NCBI RefSeq assembly: GCF_001194135.2
Contig: NC_068989.1
Location: forward strand, 82,271,737 to 82,328,401
From: Octopus bimaculoides
Taxonomy: Eukaryota
Direction of reading: 5' to 3'
Length of the DNA: 56,665 bases
The notes under the pieces were generated by a model. That model was given only the letters and a program-made list of their open reading frames with translations. It was not told the origin of the DNA and did no database searches. Of the stretch, positions 48,826 through 56,665 are shown in pieces. The position numbers were made by a program, and so were the translations under genes. Numbering within the stretch: the first letter of the stretch is position 1; the number at the start of each line of letters is the position of its first letter.

Positions 48826-49025
48826 TATCTTTTACATGTTTCAGTCATTGGACTAAGGCCAGTCTGGAGCACTGCGTTGAAGAGATTTTAGATCGATCCC
48901 AGTGCTTAGATCGCTAAGTAAAAAGGACTTAACCAAACTAGGACATGTTCCAAGCGTTGTGAAAGAAAGACAAGTACAGACACAAAGACATACACATACG
49001 ACAGGCTTCTACACAGTTTCCGTTT
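48826..49025 (-). mobile_element. SINE family A, diverged
   Basis: TGTTTCAGTCATTGGACT.AGGCCA..CTGGAGCAC...ACGACAGGCTTCTACACAGTTTC. Confidence 0.65.
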
Positions 49026-49405
49026 ATATTGAACATCCAGTCTTGTCAACTGAATAGAATATATTTTGCTGATGAGACATTCGTTTGTTTTCCTATCAGG
49101 AAAAGCTTCATTTTTATTTTCCAGAAATCTGAAACAGCTCTTTAGTGGCTTATCGCCCCTGTTGTTAGAATTGCAACACTCCTAGAGGGAGCTTTTGTTA
49201 TCCAGTTGTGAGGTTCATCTCAGCTAAGATTTTCAACTCTCTGTAATACGTATGCGATACTCTAGACTGTGTAGTATTTATACATACATATATAGCTACA
49301 CACACATACACACAGACAACGATATACATATATGTACACATACGCACATAGCATATATATATATATATATATGTATATGTATATATATATATGTGTGTGG
49401 CTGTG

Positions 49406-49460
<55 letters not shown>

Positions 49461-49771
49461 CACATACATTGACCCCCTCCCTCCATCCATGCACACACAC
49501 ATACACACACACAATAGGAGAAAAACAGTTGAGTATATATTAATGTTGGGGAAATATATGTATTCTTTCAAACAGATAAATATGTGTGTATATGTGTGTG
49601 TGAACACAAATATATAAGCATATGAGTATTAATGAGTTTAGCTATAATATTTACAGATATAAGCACAACTAATACACACACACAATGTATGTATACACTC
49701 GCATTATATACGTATGTATGCGTGCGTATGTGTATGTGTGTGTATTTGTGTGTGCGTGTGTGTGTATGTGT

Positions 49772-49806
<35 letters not shown>

Positions 49807-50453
49807 TGTGACAGAAATTCTGTGATATATTGCATTCATTTATACGTAAGCTGTATGTATATTTGAATTAATGTTTATATGTCCATGTACACATACACCC
49901 TAAACAAAACATCCGAGTATATATATATATNNNNNNNNNNNNNNNNNNNNNNNNNNNNNNNNNNNNNNNNNNNNNNNNNNNNNNNNNNNNNNNNNNNNNN
50001 NNNNNNNNNNNNNNNNNNNNNNNNNNNNNNNNNNNNNNNNNNNNNNNNNNNNNNNNNNNNNNNNNNNNNNNNNNNNNNNNNNNNNNNNNNNNNNNNNNNN
50101 NNNNNNNNNNNNNNNNNNNNNNNNNNNNNNNNNNNNNNNNNNNNNNNNNNNNNNNNNNNNNNNNNNNNNNNNNNNNNNNNNNNNNNNNNNNNNNNNNNNN
50201 NNNNNNNNNNNNNNNNNNNNNNNNNNNNNNNNNNNNNNNNNNNNNNNNNNNNNNNNNNNNNNNNNNNNNNNNNNNNNNNNNNNNNNNNNNNNNNNNNNNN
50301 NNNNNNNNNNNNNNNNNNNNNNNNNNNNNNNNNNNNNNNNNNNNNNNNNNNNNNNNNNNNNNNNNNNNNNNNNNNNNNNNNNNNNNNNNNNNNNNNNNNN
50401 NNNNNNNNNNNNNNNNNNNNNNNNNNNNNNNNNNNNNNNNNNNNNNNNNNNNN

Positions 50454-50484
<31 letters not shown>

Positions 50485-51260
50485 TATCATCTAGTGAGGG
50501 TTGAGAGAAAGAGCTCACATATGACTCATTTCACCCCCTGCCCTCACCTCACCACACCACAACACACCACACCGCACCAAGTTCTTGTTGGTGAGGAAGT
50601 CCAGTTCTAACTAGCGGCCATTAACCACATCGAAAATTACTGGAAATGGCGCCAACCTTAAACATATCCCCCCTTCATAATATGGTGCTGCTTGATTCAT
50701 TGAAATTTGATGAAACCAGAGCGACTATGATTATTCACGATGTCTCGTCCATTTTCGTTTTATTTTTTCATACATAATATTTTCTTCTCTACTTAGATTT
50801 TTTTCCTTCCATGATATATTCACTGCCAGACGTCCATTTTGTTCTCGTTCGTTCATATTTTGTTTCTTCGTCAATATTATTCTATATATTATGTGATCGC
50901 ATTATTCGTTCCTCTCCCAGTTCCTTCACTTAAAAGGAGATGACTTTTATGTTGTCTCCTCTGTATTACCCATACTCTTTTATCTCACCATCTCTTTCGT
51001 TCGCATGTTGGTTATTCTCGTTCTCTTGTTCTTCCTCTCTCGCTCATCTCTTTAAGCTTACAGACATACACGTGCACGCGCATACATGCATATACGTATA
51101 TTTAAATGCAAATGCATATGTAAACACATACATATATACACAAACATATGGACAGAGATGGCGACAACATCAGGCACGCATACACACACAGATATGCACA
51201 TAGAAAATGCATTTGATGGATGTAAATAACGAGTATAGACAAAGGATAGAGTACTCTGTA

Positions 51261-51300
<40 letters not shown>

Positions 51301-51302
51301 GC

Positions 51303-51336
<34 letters not shown>

Positions 51337-51435
51337 ATGTATGTATGTATGTATGTATGTATGTATACACTCTTATATATATACACGTATACATGTTCTG
51401 TGACATACGTAAACACATAGATGCATTTTTTCCAT

Positions 51436-51577
51436 AAGAAGCTTGCTCCCAACCACATGGTTCCGGGTTCATCCCTCTGCGTGACGCCTAGAGCAAGTAT
51501 TTTCTACTATAGGCTCGGGCCGACCAAGGCTTTGTGAGTGGATTTGGTAGATGGAAACTCAACAGAAGCCCGTCGTA

Positions 51578-51614
<37 letters not shown>
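51436..51614 (+). mobile_element. SINE family A, 5' half
   Basis: CCAACCACATGGTTCCGGGTTCA...GAAGCCCGTCGT then (TA)n and gap. Confidence 0.85.
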
Positions 51615-51844
51615 NNNNNNNNNNNNNNNNNNNNNNNNNNNNNNNNNNNNNNNNNNNNNNNNNNNNNNNNNNNNNNNNNNNNNNNNNNNNNNNNNNNNNN
51701 NNNNNNNNNNNNNNNNNNNNNNNNNNNNNNNNNNNNNNNNNNNNNNNNNNNNNNNNNNNNNNNNNNNNNNNNNNNNNNNNNNNNNNNNNNNNNNNNNNNN
51801 NNNNNNNNNNNNNNNNNNNNNNNNNCACACATATATATACATAT

Positions 51845-52740
51845 CAGGTTATTCCATGCGAAGAACTCTGAAATGTCAGTTTCGACCTCCACTTGGCTTG
51901 TGAAAGTTATGTCCCCCAAATGATTCTGTAAACTACAAAACAAATGGTAGTCTGAAGGACCAAGGTCGGGAAAATAAGGTCGATGAGGAATTTTTTCCTA
52001 ACCAAGCTCTTCGATCTTCTGTGATGTGATCTTTGCAGTGTGGGGTCGCGCATTGTCCTGATGAAACTTCACTCCTTTTCGATTCACTAAAGCTGGTCTT
52101 TTTTCTTCAAAACTTGGTTCAAACGCTTTAATTGCTGACAGTAGACTTGAACTTTGATGGTTGCATTAGATGGTAACAGTTCAAAGTGAATAACTCCTTT
52201 GCGAACCCACCAGATAGAGAGAGAAGAACCTTTTTCCCATGAAGTTCCCTTCTCGGTTGTGGTTGAGCTTTTACCCTTTTACCAAGCCATTGTTTACGAC
52301 GTTTAACATTTTGATAGAAGATCCATTTTTCGTAACCAGTCACAAGTCTATCCAAAAAGGGTGAAATGAGTTCGCGAGAATGGAGAGAAGAGCAGATGCC
52401 AACTCTGGATTTGTGGTTGCCTTCGGACAATTCATGAGGCATCCATTTTCCAAGTTTAGGAACCTTTCCAAGTTGTTGAAGATGACGATGAACAGTTGTA
52501 TAGTTTGCCATAAGCTTTATTGCCAATTCTTCAACTGATAATGCAGGATTTTCTTCAAGTAATGCCCCAAGGAGCTTATCATCAAACTCAACTGGACGTC
52601 CTGTTCGATCTTCATCTTCAAGGCTGAAATCTCCACTTCTGAATTTTGCAAACCATCTTCTGCAAGTTCTTTTATTCAAGCATTCTTTCCCATAAACTGA
52701 GTGTATGTTTCGAGTCGCTTCGGCTGCAGAGTTTCCTCTG
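51845..52740 (-). pseudogene. mariner (DD34D) transposase pseudogene
   Basis: HTH RRWFAKFRSGDFSLEDEDRTGRP, WMPHEL, LVTGYEKW (first D mutated), then after a frameshift FHQDNARPH, an in-frame stop and PYFPDLGPSDYHLF. Confidence 0.92.
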
Positions 52741-52969
52741 TGTGTGTGTGTGTGTGTGTGTGTGTCTGTTTGTCCCCACCCAGCATCGCTTGACAACCGA
52801 TGCTGGTGTCTTTGCGTCCCCGTAACTTAGCGTTTCGGCAAAATAGACCGATAGAATAAGTACTAGGTTTACAAAGAATAAGCTCTGGGGTCGATTTGCT
52901 CGACTATAAAGGCAGTGCTCCAGCATGACCGCAGTCAAATGACTGAAACAAGTAAAAGAGTAAAAGAGT
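52741..52969 (+). mobile_element. SINE family A, 3' half, abutting the mariner N-terminus
   Basis: Starts at (TG)n, ends AAGTAAAAGAGTAAAAGAGT. Confidence 0.9.
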
Positions 52970-53293
52970 ATTACTAAATTGCAAGAATGTAGGCAATGAA
53001 GAAAGTAACTGCCCCCCAATAATTGTCGGGAGGCACTCGGAGTACTAACAATGGAGTTTGAGAAATTGGAATTGATAAGAGGGTTGAGCATACTAAAAAG
53101 CTGCTATATAAGGAACAGCGAGGATTTTGATGTTGATGCTTTGGTGTTAGGTATCTTCCACGACATTTAACATCTAAGTATCAAGTCTTATAATTTGTGG
53201 AAAGAGACCCTGTGAGACCTTTGGCAACAAGTTGCTGTCCCCTCTTACAGAATTAACCAGAGCAAGTAAGAGAGCTCTGAGAAGTAAAATTTG

Positions 53294-53344
<51 letters not shown>

Positions 53345-53345
53345 T

Positions 53346-53603
53346 AGGCGGAGGAGTGGCTGTGTGGTAAGTAGCTTGCTTAACAACCACATGGTTCCGG
53401 GTTCAGTCCCACTGCGTGGCACCTTGGGCAAGTGTCTTCTACTATAGCCTCGGGCCGACCAAAGCCCTGTGAGTGGATTTGGTAGACGGAAACTGAAGGA
53501 AGCCCGTCGTATATATGTATATATATACATATATGCGTGTCTGTGTTTGTCCCCTCACCATCGCTTGACAACCGATGCTGGTGTGTTTACGTCCCCGTAA
53601 CTT
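53346..53603 (+). mobile_element. SINE family A, 3'-truncated
   Basis: Head follows (AAT)n; similarity stops at CCCGTAACTTA. Confidence 0.9.
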
Positions 53604-53609
53604 ATATAT

Positions 53610-53800
53610 AGGGAGAGTTCACAAAAAAAAACAACAACAGATGAAGACAGGTGGTGTAGAAAACACATTGATGTATTAGTGTAACGCTCGGGAATTGAAG
53701 AAGTCCTTAACGTTTCGAGCCTACGCTCTTCCACAGAAAGAAACACAGAAAGAAACAAGGAGTGAAAAATGTATGTAGTGGTTAGCGATCTATCATGGCG
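53610..53800 (-). mobile_element. Penelope-like pseudo-LTR fragment, family G, with hammerhead-like motif
   Basis: Minus strand TCTTT-CTGTGGA-A-GAGC-GTAG-GCTC-GAAAC-GTT-AAGGA (53741-53704); ends TCTCCCTATATA. Confidence 0.7.
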
Positions 53801-54229
53801 ATAATATATATATTTATATATTATTTGTATTATATATATATATACGTTACGTAGCTGCTCACCCGAAACAACTGTTAAGATAACGTTATTATATAACTCC
53901 TTCTGTTCATATTCTTATTCCGTACAAGCTTAAAAGCCACACTCCATGCGGACTTTTAAGCTAACTTCTGCGGAGGGTTAATTGGGCCTGTGGTCCAGAA
54001 CTAATGACAACTAAATAGCATGAATATAATACGTCTATAATGACTCTATGCCCCGGTGGTGTTTGATCAGAGGTTAAGGACGGATGAGAATTAATTCTGT
54101 AATGCAATCATTCTATTTTTCCAGTCCTAATTTGAATTCCTACTGTTGGTCAATTTGTCCCAAAGCTCTTATCTCGACGTAAAATCGAATGTCATTTATC
54201 TCCCCCTTGATCTCTGACGTCATCAGACA

Positions 54230-54465
54230 AACGCTAACCAAGATGGCATGAATCAACCAAGTTTTATCTGATAGAAACTGCAACCCAAATGCTTTTAAAT
54301 CATATCCCAATGCTGGGTGTCCAAGAACCAAATGAAGGGCATATTTTCAATCCCAGGATCATCCTGATTCCCAAAAGTAATATGTCTATGTAGAGCAAAT
54401 GTAGACTGAGATACAGGGGTCCCAGACGGACAGACAGAATTCCGCTTCTATTAATATAGATGTAG
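54230..54465 (+). mobile_element. Possible HINE/DINE-1-like remnant
   Basis: Ends CAGACGGACAGACAGAATTCCGCTTCTATTAATATAGAT, resembling DINE-1-type 3' ends. Confidence 0.4.
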
Positions 54466-54544
54466 TCCATGTAAATAAACTTATCAATCCTATCTGTGCT
54501 TATCTGCTATTCTGCTTCTCTGTCTCTGCATCTTTCTGCGCGCG

Positions 54545-54725
54545 TGCTGAACACTATTCAATTTTTTTTCTCCGTGTTTTTCTCCTTGTCTCCGTATTCT
54601 TTCTGTTGAAGAGCGTAGCTCGAAACGTCAAAGACTTTCCGTATTCCCGAGCGTCATACTAATATATACTTTTGTTATTTACACCACCTGTCCTCGTCTG
54701 TTGTTATTTTTTGTATATTCTCCCA
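54545..54725 (+). mobile_element. Penelope-like pseudo-LTR fragment, family G, with hammerhead-like motif
   Basis: TCTTT-CTGTTGA-A-GAGC-GTA-GCTC-GAAAC-GTC-AAAGA (54598-54634); ends TCTCCCATATATA. Confidence 0.72.
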
Positions 54726-54750
54726 TATATATATATATATATATATATAT

Positions 54751-54825
54751 TCTTTTTTTTACTTGTTTCAGTCATTTGACTGCGGCCATGCTGGAGCACC
54801 GCCTTTAATCGAGCAAATCGACCCC
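54751..54825 (-). mobile_element. SINE family A, 3' tail at gap
   Basis: TTACTTGTTTCAGTCATTTGACTGCGGCCATGCTGGAGCACCGCC. Confidence 0.85.
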
Positions 54826-55843
54826 NNNNNNNNNNNNNNNNNNNNNNNNNNNNNNNNNNNNNNNNNNNNNNNNNNNNNNNNNNNNNNNNNNNNNNNNNNN
54901 NNNNNNNNNNNNNNNNNNNNNNNNNNNNNNNNNNNNNNNNNNNNNNNNNNNNNNNNNNNNNNNNNNNNNNNNNNNNNNNNNNNNNNNNNNNNNNNNNNNN
55001 NNNNNNNNNNNNNNNNNNNNNNNNNNNNNNNNNNNNNNNNNNNNNNNNNNNNNNNNNNNNNNNNNNNNNNNNNNNNNNNNNNNNNNNNNNNNNNNNNNNN
55101 NNNNNNNNNNNNNNNNNNNNNNNNNNNNNNNNNNNNNNNNNNNNNNNNNNNNNNNNNNNNNNNNNNNNNNNNNNNNNNNNNNNNNNNNNNNNNNNNNNNN
55201 NNNNNNNNNNNNNNNNNNNNNNNNNNNNNNNNNNNNNNNNNNNNNNNNNNNNNNNNNNNNNNNNNNNNNNNNNNNNNNNNNNNNNNNNNNNNNNNNNNNN
55301 NNNNNNNNNNNNNNNNNNNNNNNNNNNNNNNNNNNNNNNNNNNNNNNNNNNNNNNNNNNNNNNNNNNNNNNNNNNNNNNNNNNNNNNNNNNNNNNNNNNN
55401 NNNNNNNNNNNNNNNNNNNNNNNNNNNNNNNNNNNNNNNNNNNNNNNNNNNNNNNNNNNNNNNNNNNNNNNNNNNNNNNNNNNNNNNNNNNNNNNNNNNN
55501 NNNNNNNNNNNNNNNNNNNNNNNNNNNNNNNNNNNNNNNNNNNNNNNNNNNNNNNNNNNNNNNNNNNNNNNNNNNNNNNNNNNNNNNNNNNNNNNNNNNN
55601 NNNNNNNNNNNNNNNNNNNNNNNNNNNNNNNNNNNNNNNNNNNNNNNNNNNNNNNNNNNNNNNNNNNNNNNNNNNNNNNNNNNNNNNNNNNNNNNNNNNN
55701 NNNNNNNNNNNNNNNNNNNNNNNNNNNNNNNNNNNNNNNNNNNNNNNNNNNNNNNNNNNNNNNNNNNNNNNNNNNNNNNNNNNNNNNNNNNNNNNNNNNN
55801 NNNNNNNNNNNNNTATCTATCTATCTATCTAGCTGCCTGTCTG

Positions 55844-55911
<68 letters not shown>

Positions 55912-56299
55912 CCTATCTATCTATAATAAAATGTATATGTACACATATGAATATACATATGTATATATGTATACATGCATGCATGCGTGCACGTGTCAGA
56001 ATGCACTGGTCACTCTTAGTGCAACCGGTAACAAGAAATCCAATACTTCCTGTTGCATCGTCTGACCGTCGGTTACTAAAACGGGAACCCTACCAAGCTG
56101 TTTGGTAAGAAGATTAGTTTTCGTTGGACGACCTGCAGGGCGGAAAAGAAAACCTGTTAAAGGATGAATGAACTCAGTAGAGTCGACGCCTATTCAACAG
56201 GTGAGAGTGAAAGACCCCACAGTTTTGTTTAGTCGTTAGGAGAAGGAAAATCTGATGTAACATCCGCGACTTCGTTTGGGTTCAATGATGTAGACGAGT

Positions 56300-56430
56300 T
56301 CTTGTTTTGGGGGCAAATGGATAAGTTGTTTGGAGACTGGGTTTGGCACTGTGCATTATTTGCGATAAAGGACCCGAAATATCTGATACGTGGTAGCAGG
56401 ATGTGCTAGAAATAGCAGTCAAATCTTTCC
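56300..56430 (+). pseudogene. Possible LINE ORF2 CCHC zinc-finger remnant
   Basis: Frameshifted CIICDKGPEI / YVVAGC resembles CxxC...ET..HxxxGC. Confidence 0.35.
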
Positions 56431-56665
56431 TTTTCTGGGGAAAGGAGCCGTTTACGCGTGATTTCGATGCCACATTCGTTGAAAGCAAGCGAAACAATAT
56501 GGAAAAGTGAAAAAAACCCATGAAACAAAACTCCGTTGGTGGGAAACTTGGAGTTTCCCAGGAAATTTTAAGGTCCCCACCACCCCTCCACCCCTTTCTC
56601 TTCCGGAAAAAAGTGGCATGCAGCTTGTTTGTAGGTCAGATACGTTGAATGCTCGCGAAAAAACC

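Overview
This is repeat-saturated, AT-rich animal genomic DNA from a fragmented assembly, with N gaps that mostly abut microsatellites. The repeat repertoire points to an octopus or other cephalopod; this is an inference from recalled SINE families, not a database result. No intact, recognisable protein-coding gene, rRNA, true tRNA or CRISPR array is present, and almost all ORF-track entries are artefacts of N runs, microsatellites or SINEs. The window holds about 40 tRNA-derived SINE copies or fragments built from interchangeable modules (families A, B, C, D and E are my own labels). It also holds decayed autonomous elements: Tx1/L1-like, RTE, HERO/R2-like, R4/Dong-like, a Penelope-like RT and two mariners. 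Non-autonomous DNA elements include piggyBac-, hAT-, pogo- and Helentron-like types. The most notable structure is at about 16.47-16.97 kb: a tail-out inverted pair of an element with a tRNA-like Pol III head and a minimal hammerhead-ribozyme-like motif, joined by (GGGTTA)3. It looks like a SINE mobilised by Penelope-like elements (PLEs). A second family of hammerhead-like motifs with a non-canonical core (4 copies) and a decayed Penelope-like RT in the same window are consistent with an active PLE/ribozyme system in this lineage. Other points: a 650-bp foldback palindrome at 38.0-38.7 kb, repeated same-orientation nesting of family C inside the (TA)n spacer of family A, and a CpG-containing promoter-like island at 19.3-21.2 kb. 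A speculative phase-consistent minus-strand gene model may run leftward from that island. Most boundaries are approximate (+/-10-20 bp).
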